Assembly: GCA_043228905.1 (NCBI GenBank)
Contig: JBHGNT010000007.1
Location: forward strand, 4,960,001-5,024,000
Length of the DNA: 64,000 nucleotides
Reading direction: 5' to 3'
Source of the DNA: Azolla caroliniana
Taxonomy: Eukaryota > Plantae > Polypodiophyta
The position numbers and the translations under genes were made by a program. Positions 13,459-26,707 of the stretch are shown here, one piece after another. Positions within the stretch are counted from its first letter, which is position 1. Every line of letters begins with the position of its first letter. Under the pieces are notes generated by a model. It had not been told where the DNA came from and did no database searches. It worked only from the letters and a program-made list of their open reading frames with translations.

Positions 13459-14690
13459 GGTCACTAGGGGGCTCCTGTGGTCCACTAAGCCTTGTCATAA
13501 TCAGACTTTCTTCGAATATGTGTCCGAGTCGAAATTCGTCTTCTATCTCTCATTTGGCCGATTCCGGGTCGACTAGAGTCGAAATCGGAGTCGTCTCATC
13601 AGGAATATGCATGTACGTGATCAAGCCGAATATCCGGATATGTGATAGATCTAGCTTCTTTCCGAAGAACTTCTCATGAGGGGTTACATCATGTACCCCA
13701 GAGGTTGTACATCTGTTCATGAGATAGATGGTTGTGTTAGCCACTTCTGCCCCGTATGATTTTGGCAGGTTCTTCTCGTTGATCATGGTCCTTGCCACCT
13801 CTACTATGTGCCAATTTTTTCATCTGGCTACTCCGTTTTGCTGAGGTGTGTGTCAGCATGAGAATTCTTGTCGAATTCCTTCCATTCGGAGATACGCCGT
13901 AAATTCGTCCAAGAAATACTCTTTGCCTTCATCCGATTGAAGGCATCGAACACGCCGACTTGTGGATTTTCAACTTCATTTTTAAACCTTTGGAAGTGTC
14001 CGAACACTTCACTCTTCTGCCGCATCGGATAGATCCAGACATGACTCGAGAAGTTGTCAATGAACGAGACATAATATCGGCATCCACCGAATGTGGTTTT
14101 CTGCGCCGGTCCCCATACATCTGAATGTACGACATCTAGGATCCCTTTGCTCACATTCCCTTCTTTTGGGAATGGTTGTAGGTGTTGTTTGCCAAATTGG
14201 TAGGCTTTACATACACCCGTAATCTCCTTCTCAGTAAATGTCAGAAGTCCGATTACGACTCATTTTAATTGCATCATTTTAAGCTTTTGGAGGTTAATGT
14301 GGCCGATTTGCTTGTGCCACAGTTTCAAGTCAGTTTTGACTTTGATGTCGTTTGCGAACATGGCGGACTTCACCTCGCTCGACTCGAGGAAGCACCCTTC
14401 ATTATTGAACCACACTTGCATGCCTTGTTCTACTATCTGGCCGACGAAGACTAAATTTTTCGTGATGGTTGGGACATGCAAGACATTTTTCAGGTAGGTT
14501 TGTTTGCCATCGTTCCCGAATGGAACATTTTCGATCTGCCGAATTGAGTGTGTTGTGTCATCTCCGGTTTCGACATAGTCAGGCTGATCGGGCTTTCGTA
14601 ATTCTCGGAACTAATCTTCGTGGGACATCATATGATTGGATGCTCCCGAGCCGACAAACCATACATTATCTGAAGGACTGGTGCTTGTCT

Positions 14691-15589
14691 CACCTTGTGT
14701 CGACATTGAATGCGCTTTGTGCCTCATCATGAACATTCCGCCACGACGCTCCTGGAATGCTTTCATTGCGCTCGGATGGGCCTTCACCAATGCACAAACT
14801 CATGCCGACCTTGCCCCTCCGGTTTCTCGTACCCGTATGCCTCCAATAGAGCTTCCTCAAAGGACTCCCACGACTCATGAGCTTCTTGAAGCTCGTCGAC
14901 CTCTTCGTGCGTCGACCGGCCACCACTCGGCAAAAATACTCTAGCCTTGTCGCTTCGTCCACGCCCCACTCCGTCATCTCAGCATTGTAAGGTCTCAAAA
15001 AATTTGGGACCTCGTCCCCATTGAATCGGCCTACTCGATCGACCACACTCTCGACGGCTTGTTGAGCCGCGTCTCGTCTTTCTTTCTTCGTTAAAAAAGG
15101 GTGAAGATGAAGATGAAGAGCTCCGAAAGTAAAATGACAATAGTCTCCTCCTCCCAAAACGTCCTCCCAAAAATGAGCCCCCTCGACCTCCTTTTATAGG
15201 AAAAAAAAGGGAAGGGGGGTTGCCACATTTGTCTTCAATGCAAATAAAATAAAATTCCTTAAATCACACTACATGGTTAGACCATATTTGAACCGTGCAC
15301 CTTTAGCTAGGAGTCAATACGTCTATAATCCCTATTATTCATAGTATAATCTTATTAATTTACAAATCTACAGTTTGTCTTCTCTCGACTTTTCATCTCC
15401 CATCTCTCTAACTTTTTACCTCTCCTCTCTCTTACTTTTCATATCTCCTCTCTCTTTTACACGAGTTTCTATACCTCCTTTGCACCCTTCCTTTTTCCTT
15501 TTCTTTTCCATGTGCACACACATTGCACATACAAATTTTGACCCCCTTTTGCCGGTTTTTCCCACACTCGAGCATGCCACATCACGACA
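14691..15589 (-). mobile_element. Truncated non-chromovirus Gypsy fragment (LTR start plus gag N-terminus) inside E2 gag
   Basis: TCACGACA at 15582-15589 is the reverse complement of the TGTCGTGA LTR start. ORF 14690-15157 (AVESVVDRVGRFNG...YNAEM) resembles gag at 41156 (AVVGTIVRFSG...YRAEM). Confidence 0.7.
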
Positions 15590-17389
15590 ACGTTTCGTGA
15601 GCTCCTTCGATATAGCTCTAGTAACCTTGTCTGACAAGCTATTGATGCATCTTGTATTCCCCTGATGCATGAGCGCTTCTCCGTAGGGAGAGCGCTTCCC
15701 ATCTGGGTATTCATGATGTTGATTTCTTTCTTTGTTGCTTGCACCGGTTTTGTTGATCGTCAGTGTTGCGATCACAACACAATTGAGCGAGTTTGATCCG
15801 ACAACCACATGCTCTGATACCATGTAAAGAAGGAGAGACGTAGGTAGTGTTATGCAACGAAAGTGAGCTATGTGTGTATGTGAGTGCACGTAATGCAAGA
15901 CAGAGAGGGAGAGGGAGAGGGAGCTTGAACAAGAAGCTATATTAGTAAAAATAGAATTACATCCAATAATAACTAAGTTACAACGGGTTGGTTAAATACC
16001 AACTGATCTAGGGCAAGTGCCCTTTCTACTAATTACAAAACTAGCCTAGTATGTTGGCCACTGGCGAGTGTGAACACTATCTCTATGGGAAGTTGACTTC
16101 GATTCTCAAACATACCCATTCTTATGTAAATCACAAAAGTTGACATTATGGGAAACACCCTTCCTTTTTAACCAAATCCTAACATTGACCCTTCCATATT
16201 ACATCTCACAATTGTTACATTGTCATGATATGTTTAGCACACGATGTGCATTGTGGCCAAACATAGCCTTATGTTCTCATTATAAGGGGGAGGTGCCAAT
16301 GTGTGTGAAAAGACTATGAACAAATAATCATCATCACTATCATTGTCTACCCTTGCATTCTTCAAATTTTGCTTTGTAAAGGAGTGTGGTTCAAATGGTC
16401 ATCCCACATACAAGGGAAATTTTGGCAAAACATGATATATAAGAAGAGGAAAGTTGGCATCTTTAACTAACTAGTGAATGAGAGAGTTACATCCTCTTTC
16501 CTTCCTTCAAGACACCCATGTGCTCATTCAATCTAGATCTCCAATAATGCAAGAGGATCCAAAGGTTGAATGAGTAAGAGTAGGATTGATTTGCTCTTTT
16601 CATTGATAGAACAACATTATGATCTAGATAGATTTTAAAATTTCTTGATAATTCCCTATTTATTATTATTGTTATTCAATGGAGAATAAAGATGATTCTT
16701 TTCAATTGATTTATTTTGCAGTGAGTTCCAATGATCATTGTGCTTCACTTGGCAACTCTAGAGGTAAGAAATCCTAGCTAGACAACAATCTCAATGGCAA
16801 ATTTGACCTTAATAAGAAGGTAATGTAAGTGATTTTAGTTGGGCAAAACAACAATCTTCACATATTCTTAGAACTTCAATGAAAAAGCATAAACATCACA
16901 AAGCCCATCTAAAGCACGAGGAGGGGAAAATCTATAAGAAAAGGGCTTATGCTATTTTCATTTATTCTTCACACAAGACCTTTGACTTACAAATAGCCTT
17001 CTACATGTAATTGATTAGTCTCCTTAATAGGTATAATAATTGTTTGTTTGGTGGTAGGAAGAAATGAAGGGCCTATATCCACATATATGTGAACATAAGT
17101 TGTAACAATTCAAAATGGATGTGACTTTGGATCAACACCATTGGAATCAGTTGAACCCCAACCATGCAACATGTGTAGAAATACGGTAAAAGGGTATAAG
17201 AAGGACAACCACATAAACATGAATATGTAAATACGTAAACAAATGGTAAAATGAAAAGGTATATAGGTAAATAGTAAGGCTATTGGGTTTAGGAGGAAAG
17301 GGGTTAGAAGTTCAAACATCAATTGTTATATAAAGCACTTAAGTATTACATATTTTATGTAAAGGAGGTAGATGAGCATTAAATTTGTC

Positions 17390-20300
17390 TAATGGCACCT
17401 TTTCTCTATCTCTCTCTCTCTCTCTCAACGGCTCTTTTTGCCGTTTGCCATTGTCACTGTCTACAGTCATCGTCGTACTCGTCGCTACTGCCATCGCCGC
17501 TGTCTGTCTGTCTGTTTGTCGTCATTGTCTATCGCTGTTGCCGCCATCTGTTGCTACAACCGCTGTCTGTCGTCGTCGATTGTCGCTACAATTGCCGCCG
17601 TTTGTCGCCGTCGATTGTCGATTGTCGCTGTAGCCGCCACCGTTTGTCGACGTTTGTCATCATCGTTGCCGCCGTTGCCATCTATCGTCGTTGTTGTCGT
17701 CATTTGTCGTTGTTGTCCTTCGCCGTTCTTTGGTTTGTGGCACAGTTGCCATTGTCGACTGTCGTTGTCACCCACACCTCTTACGATGTCGTCGGTTGCA
17801 TAGACGAGAGAGTACAAATGTGCTTCTACACTTGTACATAGCGCGCAAGACATCGATGCTCGGCTAAGTTTTTCTGTCTTTTTTGACTTTTTCTTTCTTT
17901 TATCTTTTGAATTACAACATGACATCTTGACGAAACCATAAGGAAATACACGACGAAATTATAAGTAAGGAAGAATTTTTAGATGTCCTTAACTGGTTAG
18001 TTAAAATGGAAAAATGGGCAAAAGATATTGAAGCTCAAAAACAAAAAGATAAGGAAGAAAAAGAACTACTTATTGCTGAAATAACGTAACTTAAGGAAGA
18101 CAACGTGAACCTTCAAAATCAAGTTAAGGACCTTGAGACATCTAGGGAAGATGGTGAAATATCTTTCCTAGAGGATATTAAGGACAAGATAAAAAAGGTT
18201 AACGAAGAGGTTAAAAGTGATATGGAATTAGCAAAAACTGGGTGGGTTGATGTAGTAAAACGTAATATTAAAAAGGAACTAAAGGATGAAAATATTGTAA
18301 ACACCACCCTTGAGGAGGAAAAAATGCGTCAAGCTCGACGCTTAAACGTAAGAGTTACTGGGCTCAAGGAAGGGGTATCTCCCGACGAAGATGCACAAAC
18401 ATTAGGGAAGATGTTGGGGTACGAAGCCCTACCAATCACTAAAACTTGGGAGTAGGATGTGACACCATTAGGAAAAGAGCTTTAGTCCTTCAATTTAAGG
18501 ACTCAGAATCTAGGTTCACCTTTTTAAAAAGAAACCAATTCTTTGAGGATTGGGCGGGGACCCTATCTACCTCGATGAAGACTTGACCAAGATGCAAATT
18601 GAGCATCGTAAAACTTGTATGCCACGAGTCATGCAAGCTCGTAAATAGGGGCACCGTGCTTTTTACCGAGACGGACGTGTGATAATTAATGATTGCGCCA
18701 CCAATTGATGGCGTGTGGCCCATGTGATAGACAATAAACTTAGGATGACCTTATGGAATTGTAACGGTGCACTTTGGACACACCCTGGCCGTCTAGAGAA
18801 CATTTTGAAGGTATTTGATATACTTTTTTTAGTAGAAACACATCAGAGTCCAAATCGAGGACTGCCACAAGTTGACGGTTTTCGTTGGGAGTCTGTCTTT
18901 AGACAAACATCACGTCGACACACTACTAGAGGGTCTGGAGGGGTTGCAATATTATTTCAGAGAGAGATACATAATAGGATAGAAATACTAAAGAAAGACC
19001 CAGAAGCCCGTTTTATGTGGGTGAAAATCCTCACTAGCAAGGATCAAGTGATATTTATCACCGTTTGTTACTTCCCCCCGAAAGGATCCCGGTATAATAC
19101 GGCTGGAGCGGCGAGTATAGTTGATGAAGGAATACCACATGGGCCTTCTCCATACGAACCTTTATCGGATGACATAATCCGATATTTTTCTCAAGAGGAA
19201 GTCTTCCTTGTAGGGGATTTTAATGCGAGAACCCAATCCTGACAATGCACAATATTTCAGATGGATAGAAACTTAGAAATGGTGAATGTCGACCCTTTCG
19301 CCTTAGGCACAACATGTACATCAAAAGATGAAGGTGCGGACACCACAAGCTTTGGCCATCATCTGCTTGAACTTGGAAGCTGACACCAGATGATCATATA
19401 TAATGGCTTAGCCAAGTGGCCGGGCTCGGAAGAGCTCACATGTTTCCCACATGGAGGAGGGGAAAGCACAGTCGATTACCTAATAGGACGCCCTAAAGCT
19501 CCCACATGGTTAACTCCTTCCGAGTGGCCCCATGCCCCATTGGTGCAGACCATAGCTTCCTATACTTTGAGCTAAAATGTGACATCTCCCACGCCACCAA
19601 CTCTAGTCAACCAACCCATCACACCATAATACATTTCACCCATGAGCTCACTGACATCTACTCTCGACATGTACAAGCCTATCTCTCCTCTTTTGATTCT
19701 TCCTTGCCTTTAGAGAACCTCACTATAGAACTCACACACATCCTTCACTCAGCAGGAACTAGTAGCTTCCCATGCACGAAAGGTTCCAATCATAGTAGAA
19801 TAGGGTCTATGCCACAGAACAAGTGGTATGATGAGGATTGTAGAGAGTTGTATAGACAACTTAAGGTGTCGTGACTTAGTGGTACTATTTCCTCAGTACA
19901 GGCTCGCAAAGAGATGCGCAAGATGACAAGTCGTAAAAGACAAGCTTGGGAAGCATCTCAATATTGGGAACTCTACCATATGTTCATGAGTAGGGACTGC
20001 GCCCTTGTATGGAAGAGACTACGGGAACCAAGACCACAAACACCCATCGAGGATCCCAATATTTGGCACACATATATCGAGAGACTCTACCATTTCCCGA
20101 ACCAACCACCCATTCCAATGCCTTCCCCACCTCGACCTACCATGGGGACACTTTTTATAACCTACCTCCCCTTAAGTACAACCATGGGACTGATCAAACT
20201 CTAATCTCTCATGAAGACCGTAATAAAGTGATACGCCAAGAAATATGGCAAATTTACACTCGATATAAATGGATCACCCCACGAGAGCCACTCCCATCTA

Positions 20301-21192
20301 AAATGTTGTACTATAAGGAACACTTCTTGCACTTCTCTAAGTTAGGTTTTGTTACACGACCAAGATATCTAGATACATTCTTATCAAATGCACTAAGGGT
20401 GGCCATTGGACAACTTAGGATATCATCTCACCAACTTGAGATTGAGAATGGTCGAGCTAATAAAGTCCCTAGAGAGGAACAACTATGCCACATAGAGATA
20501 GAGGATGAGTATCACTTCACATGCAAGTGCCCAACTTATGCTGAGATATGGGTGGAATACCAAGACATATTAGGACCCTCTCCCACCCTCTCCAAACTAT
20601 TAGATACCCCGAGTGTAAAAAGATTAGGTAGGTATATCTTAGAGCTAAAACAACATAGGGAGAATAAATTACAAAGTGTTAATCATAACCCTTTTACTAT
20701 TCATCAACATGTAACTAGTGTAATTTTTCAGGAACAAGGGGAGACAATGAATGTGGATACACTTACGCCGCTCGGCCTCTCCCTTGAGGAAGCAAAAATA
20801 CAAAGAACAACCAAATGCCCTCGGATGTTGGGCTTCAAAACAAGTCGACGTGGAGTAGAAAAGATTAAGAAGATAAGGGAACGTGAGCTACGTCGACTAG
20901 AAGCTATGGTTGGGGTACCTTTTACATTGGGACCACGGGCCACATCCACATCGCAACCCTTTGACCTCCCACTTCTCTTCGAGAGACTTGGATGGAAATG
21001 AAATTAGGCCTAGTATAACATCTTTTCATTGTAGAACATGTTTTTCTTTTTAGAACTATTTTTTATCTTATTTTGATTTTTTTACTTTCGATGAATGGGT
21101 AAATATCCCATTTTTTGTAAACCATTTGTCTCATGGGCCAAATTTGGCCTTAGAAGACATTAATATATCTTTCTTTCTTTCTTTCTTTCTTT
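17390..21192 (+). mobile_element. LINE A (non-L1; RTEX/L2-CR1-like architecture), decayed, RT core deleted
   Basis: ORF1 about 17919-18709 (coiled coil, RRLNVRVTGL). APE endonuclease from 18715 (WNCNG, LVETH, GDFNAR, VDY, DH). C-terminal LRISSHQLEIENGR...EDEYHFTCKC. (TTCT)n tail about 21169-21192. 5' boundary is approximate. Confidence 0.82.
17440..17800 (+). repeat. Degenerate (GTC/GCC/TGTC)n low-complexity tract in the probable 5' UTR of LINE A
   Basis: Runs of CGTCGTCG, GCCGCC and TGTCG directly upstream of ORF1. Confidence 0.7.
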
Positions 21193-22299
21193 GTATAAAA
21201 GGGCAGGAGGAGGTCTCACTTTGGAGGGTTAATGAGTTGGACGTTTTGGATGCCATATTTTTAGGGTTTGTTCATTTTCATCATCGTCATAATCTTCTTC
21301 TTCATCTTCTTTTCTACATGAGAGGTTAGGGTTTGGGAAAGTGGATTTGGATCACTTCACTGTCATCATTTTCTATTTCTACAAGGGTCAATGTGAGGGT
21401 TTTTGGAGGTTCGTCCCATTTGGAGTTGGCAATGGAGAAGAGCACAAATGGTGGAGTTGGCTCATAAGGCAAGTAAGGAAGCTCATTGTGGCAAGAGGAC
21501 ACTATGTCAACAGCAGGGCAACTAGCCATCGTTTGAAGGTGATGCCTCATTGGAGACCGAGACGCTAGGATCCTCACCAAAGCTTCACAACGTCGTTACA
21601 CCAACTTCTTATAAAAATCCTAAGTGATCTTTCCTTTTTGTAAAATCCATTGTAATAGAGGAATTATTTGTTGAACTCAAATATTTAAAGGGATTTTCTC
21701 GTATAGTCATGTGTTTCTTGGGTCTTAATCAAGTTTTTGTTGTGTTGAAGGAGTGGAGTTAACCGCAACCCCTTGTTAATCAATTCAAGTGCCATGAGAG
21801 AGAGAGAGAGAGAGAGAGAAATCAAAGAGAGGTCTAATCATGGCATTAGCAAAGGGAGAGCTAACCTTGACTTCGACGAGCCTACAAGTCTGAGGTAACC
21901 TAGATTCCAATGAGCCCTCTAGTAAGAGATAACCTCGATTCCATCGAGTCCTCGAGTCTAAGCCAACACGGAGTCTAGCAAGCCTTCGAGTCTAAACCAC
22001 CCTAGATTGAAGCAATCCTTTGAGTCTAAAGCGTGCTCAACTGAAGCAAGCATTCATTTCAGACGCTGCTAATTTACATAAAGGAGAAATTTATACAAGG
22101 AAACCCACAAAGGGGTGCTAGGGATCTTCTTCTCCCTGGTTCAGATCCTTTGAGGTCCCATTCGAGTAGCAAGGGAGGGGAAAGATGTATGTAGAATACT
22201 TCGCCACCATGATGGTCGCAATAATGGTCTCGATGATGTAGGAAGAGGAGAACATGACGAGGTTGGATAAAGACATATAAATCGCCACTGGGACATCCA

Positions 22300-23180
22300 A
22301 CTAGTTTTAATAGAAAGGATATCTCTTGCTGCTTGGAGGCTTATAAAGCCAGATTCTTATGAGTAACATTCCGAAAGTGTGGCGATTAAGTGGATTCGCA
22401 AGGGTTGTAGGGCTGAGTCTTCATGCATAGATACTCAAGATTCAAGCAGAGAGCCACAACTACGACAAGTTCAAGATTTTGAAATATCAAAGAGTAAGAC
22501 TTTGATGTCTTCATGAAGATGATGAAGAAAGACCTAATGGATTGGATCGAGTTCCCTAAGAAGTGGAGAAACATCACCATGGTACTTCAAGAGTTCAAGA
22601 AGTAGTTTGTGCGTTTCTCAATACTTGATAGGATGGTACATGACACAAGTAAAGTCATATTATTCCTTAAGGCAGTGGATGCTCAAGGTAGAGAGAAAAC
22701 ATGACTCCTACTTGAAAATGAGTTCAAGCTCACTATGAATTGGGTCAAGTAAAAAGTGCATGTAGTCACTTTGATAGGCCGCGATAATGGTATGATGGAG
22801 ATTCATCAAACAGTTCAGCTCCAATAGGAAGATAACCCTATGATATAGAGGGTTCAGGTTCAATGGAACGGAGGGATTGAGTGTGTGTTGGGTTGGGACC
22901 ACCAAGAAATGTGGTGGAAGAACTAGTTGGAGGTTCAACGACAAATGAGCTCACAAAGATGGTGAGACATCTCCAAATAGCCCAGGGAAGGAGGGATGGT
23001 GGGAGTTCTCCCCAAGATCGGCGACCCACATTCGTGAGAAGGTGTTTGTGGTTCAACAACCCTAACTACGAAAGAAGGGAATGTGAAGGCTTCGAAGAGG
23101 CCGTGGGGAGAAATGTTATCTACTTTGTGGGTGAAAAGGTTGTTAGAAATTATTTCTAATGTAAGCATAAGACAAGGAAA
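22300..23180 (+). pseudogene. Highly decayed non-chromovirus Gypsy gag remnant
   Basis: ELTKMVRHLQIAQGRRDGG...RRCLW matches EELARMVKDLQIAQARRDGG...NRCMW in gag 41375-43090. Confidence 0.75.
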
Positions 23181-23195
23181 TAAATGATAGATAGT

Positions 23196-24560
23196 TGTTG
23201 AGAAGCCAGCTCAACATTGGCCGGATCGGCTGAATAAGCCGAGAGCCGGATAGGATGAAGATCGATCGGCTAGGCCCAGATCGGATAAGATCGTTGAGCC
23301 GGATCAGAGAAACAGATCTGTGGGGAGTTGGCAGGCTGTTAGAGGCCTACGCTCCTAGTTAGTAGGTTGTTATACTACTAGGAGTTAGTGTCAGTAGCTC
23401 AGTTATGAGGATTGAAGTACTTGTCAATACTTCTGACCGTCCTTTATGGACTTGTATAAAAGTGCTCACTAAGCACATTCGTATGTACAGAGAACATTTT
23501 ATTTTGAATCTGAATTTTAAGTCTTTTGCTCTCTCTGTCTCTCCTATGTACCGTGTTTTCTCTCCATTGTTTTTCCTTTGTGTTTCTCTACTTTTCTATT
23601 GTTGTCTGGCTGAGTCGGTTGTGTCTATTTTAGCTTTTGCACTTAATTCTTTACATGGTATCAGATCGCGAGGGTTGAGAATCCTCTGCTGCCGACAATC
23701 GTTCAACACAAGAAATCCCTAATCCCCGGAAAAGAACAGATGAGAAGAAAATGGACAGAGGTATGAGTGGCACTCTTTCGATAGAGAAGTTGGACAGAAG
23801 TAACTACGCATCTTGGGAGTACAAGATGCACCAATACCTACTTGGGCATGGCTACTAGTGTTACATCCAGGGAGAAAACGAAGTAGCCCCAGAGTCGGCA
23901 CACAAGGATTTTCAAGTTTGGGAACAAGGGGCAAGCAAAGTCTTGTATTGCCTTGCGTCCTGTGTGCACAACCAAATGTTGGGCTACATTCGAGACACAA
24001 AAACGCCGAAGGAGGGCTAGGAAAATTTTAAAAAGATTTTTGCCGCGAGTACCACGACCCGGAAGTTGCAGCTCTGTCAATAGCTCAACAATATCCGACA
24101 GAGGGATATGATGGTGACCAAATACACAACCAAAATCAAGGAAATTTGTGACACCTTGGGGTCCATTAATGTGACGGTGGATGAGGATGAAATGGTACAA
24201 ATTTGCCTCGGTGGTCTAGTTCAAGGGTATGGGCCAATCCCGACGACCATCTACACAAGGGAAAAAACACCATCGTTTTTCGACCTGCAATGGATGCTTA
24301 TGGTCGAAGAGAACCACGTGGGTGTGTCAAGGAACACACAATCAGACAGTTGGATGTTGTACATGGAGGCAAATCGGCCCCGTGGCCACCACCATTGGGT
24401 GGATCGGCACCCAATGGTGGCGTCCGACAAGAGCAAAACCAGAGGCATAATCGACATGCCGACAACAATTCCGAACCTTCCACAAGTAGGGGAAGTCATG
24501 GCAATGTCGAAAACTAACAACGGAAGGCTGAGACAGAATGTTGGTATTGTGGCTGGAAAG
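23196..24560 (+). mobile_element. Copia E4, 5' part (LTR, PBS, decayed gag); relative of E3
   Basis: LTR TGTTGAG...TTACA at 23196-23655. PBS TGGTATCAGATC at 23656-23667. Gag MDRGMS... to ECWYCG, interrupted at 24561. Confidence 0.85.
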
Positions 24561-25499
24561 TGTGAAATGTTACATGCGGAAGCTATACGAAACACAGAAT
24601 ACCGATAGAGAAAAACAGGTTTAATGGAGAGCTTAAGACACAATGTACACAGGAGAGATAGAGAGGGAATGAACACACAGAAAAAACTCAATTCAAAATA
24701 ATGTGTAAACCTATGTACATAGGATGTGCTTAGGGAGCACTTTTATACAAGTCCATACGGACTGACTGAAGTACTGACACGTACTTCAATGCTCATAATT
24801 GAGCTCCTACACTAACTCCCAAATATATTCCCTCGCGGAATATCTATTCAACGGCCTCCTAGTTTCCACACCGATCTGGCCTCTTGTTGCGTACCGGTTT
24901 ATGCACCGATCTGGCCAATGTTGATCTTGTATCTCAACACTCCCCCTCAAGCTCAACTTGAGGCTCTTCCGGTCCTTCGCTCCGGTTTCCCTTGACTTCA
25001 CGCCTCGCTCGCGCTCCTCGACCCGTTCGATTCCGCGCGCCTCGATCCTTAGGTCGGCTTGTCTGCTCATACGGCCTTTTCGATCTCCCTTATTGTCACT
25101 GTGTTGGCACCTCTTCTGCTGCCCTTTCTCCCGCTTGGCCTTCAATTGATTCGACGTCTCCAAATCAAACATACGAGCTAAATTGGCTATCTCCGATTCG
25201 TCTCTGCTTTTGTTCGAATTGGCTGTCTCCAATTTGTCCTCAATTTTGGCCTTCTCGCCCTTGTTGGCTTCATCTCCCCCATGTTTGACTGGCTCCGGCT
25301 CTTTCTTTCGGTTGCTGCCCTCTCGTCCGCTTCCGGACTCTTCTGCGGATCCGCCTTCGGCTTCTTCACCCGATAGTAAATCGAATTCTTCATTTGATTT
25401 GGTGTCGTGATCACTTCCGCTCCTTTCCTACTCCTTTCCGTGGTCTTGGGGGACTTTTTTCCCCCTCAAGTTCGACATGTCGAGGGGCCGCAATCCAAG
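24561..25499 (-). mobile_element. Copia E5, 3' part (3' LTR, PPT and pol C-terminal extension), E3 family
   Basis: LTR 24561-24939 is similar to the E3 LTR. PPT CTCCCCCTCAAG at 24940-24951. Extension (METANSNKS...) is homologous to E3 8156-8700. Confidence 0.85.
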
Positions 25500-25766
25500 T
25501 GATGAGAAATGTGCGGAATATCAGTCGGCCACAACCGAGTAGTAGGTCACTTTTATAAGAATCTAACACAGAAATGGGAAGCGGAGAGTACACAAGAAAA
25601 TGACATAGGATGTTTACGTGGAAAACCCTAATAGGGAAAAACCACGGGAGCCACAGACTCCGAACTATCACTATGAAGAGAAGGGGTACAATCAGAGACT
25701 CAGAGCCAACAACCTCAAGCTCTGTTTCTTCACACAGTGGCGGTTAGAACAGAGTATCGCTCTGTA

Positions 25767-25816
<50 letters not shown>

Positions 25817-25837
25817 CCCGTAGGGTTTGTCCCTACA

Positions 25838-26707
25838 ATGGCAAATAATCGTAAAACCGCCGCAAAGTTTGGGGGTATGATTGATAATGAGCCGAGATCA
25901 CCAACAAATCTCGATTCTAATGCAATGGACAAAATGCTTATGAGTCACTTGATTTCTCTTCAAGAAACCATAAACAAGCAAGGTGAAGAGATTAGGACGT
26001 TAATGAAAGAGAATACTAAGCTCCAAAGTGTTGTCATTGAGAATGAAAGGCTTAAACAAGTGGTTGCAAAACTTCAAGAAGAGATTCAAGAATGTAAAAG
26101 AGCTTCTTTTGAAACAAATGAGCGCCTTAACAAGATTGAGTTAAAGGAAGCATTAAAAGAAGAAAAATTGGACACGATGAGGCGGGATGTAAGTGAGATG
26201 AAAAATGTATGTACAACGAAGTCATGGGCCGATGTATGTGGTGGGGATGTGCTATCAAACTCATCTAATATGCATATGATGCATCAAGAGAAGAATATAG
26301 AAAGCATAGATGTCCGAGAATTGAAAGAACGTGAACGACGATCAAAGAACATTGTCGTCTGTGGGATTAAAGAAGAGAGTATGGAAACACCCGCATCCCT
26401 TGCAAAGGCCATTGGTGAATTGTTTAGCATGCATTATGGGATGTCAGATGTGAATGTATGTGGGGCACACCGAGTTGGGAAACATGGTGTTACTCGCTCC
26501 GGAGAAAGGCCTATTGTATGCATAATGATAGATGATACAAAGCGGCGGATCATACTCGAAAATAGTTGGGTATACCTCAAAGGTACACAATTCTTTGTGA
26601 GTGAAGATCATACTATCTCACAACAAAATGCTCGTCGTAAAGCATATGAAGAAAGATTGAAAAACAAGGTTAAGGATGTGCCTAAAGATGGAAATGTAGG
26701 CAAATAG
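25838..26707 (+). CDS. LINE B ORF1 protein (coiled coil plus L1-ORF1-like RRM/CTD), 289 aa, open
   Basis: Heptad-like N-terminal region; ERERRSKNIVVCGI, HRVG, RPIV and FVSEDHT motifs; ends 6 nt before ORF2. Confidence 0.8.
   Translation: MANNRKTAAKFGGMIDNEPRSPTNLDSNAMDKMLMSHLISLQETINKQGEEIRTLMKENTKLQSVVIENERLKQVVAKLQEEIQECKRASFETNERLNKIELKEALKEEKLDTMRRDVSEMKNVCTTKSWADVCGGDVLSNSSNMHMMHQEKNIESIDVRELKERERRSKNIVVCGIKEESMETPASLAKAIGELFSMHYGMSDVNVCGAHRVGKHGVTRSGERPIVCIMIDDTKRRIILENSWVYLKGTQFFVSEDHTISQQNARRKAYEERLKNKVKDVPKDGNVGK

Larger units (their letters stand above)
5327..15950 (-). mobile_element. Old fragmented Copia host element E2, interrupted by three later insertions
   Basis: RNase H/RT pieces 5327-6483 and 7201-7765; integrase/protease pieces 13459-14690; gag start MNTQMGSALPTEK near 15590-15716; PBS (GCTCTGATACCA) 15811-15822; LTR begins at 15823. 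The right LTR boundary is not resolved. Confidence 0.8.

Noticed and set aside
17385-17925. Cys/Val/Arg-rich ORFs in several frames
   Set aside because: Artefact of a stop-poor GTC/GCC low-complexity tract.
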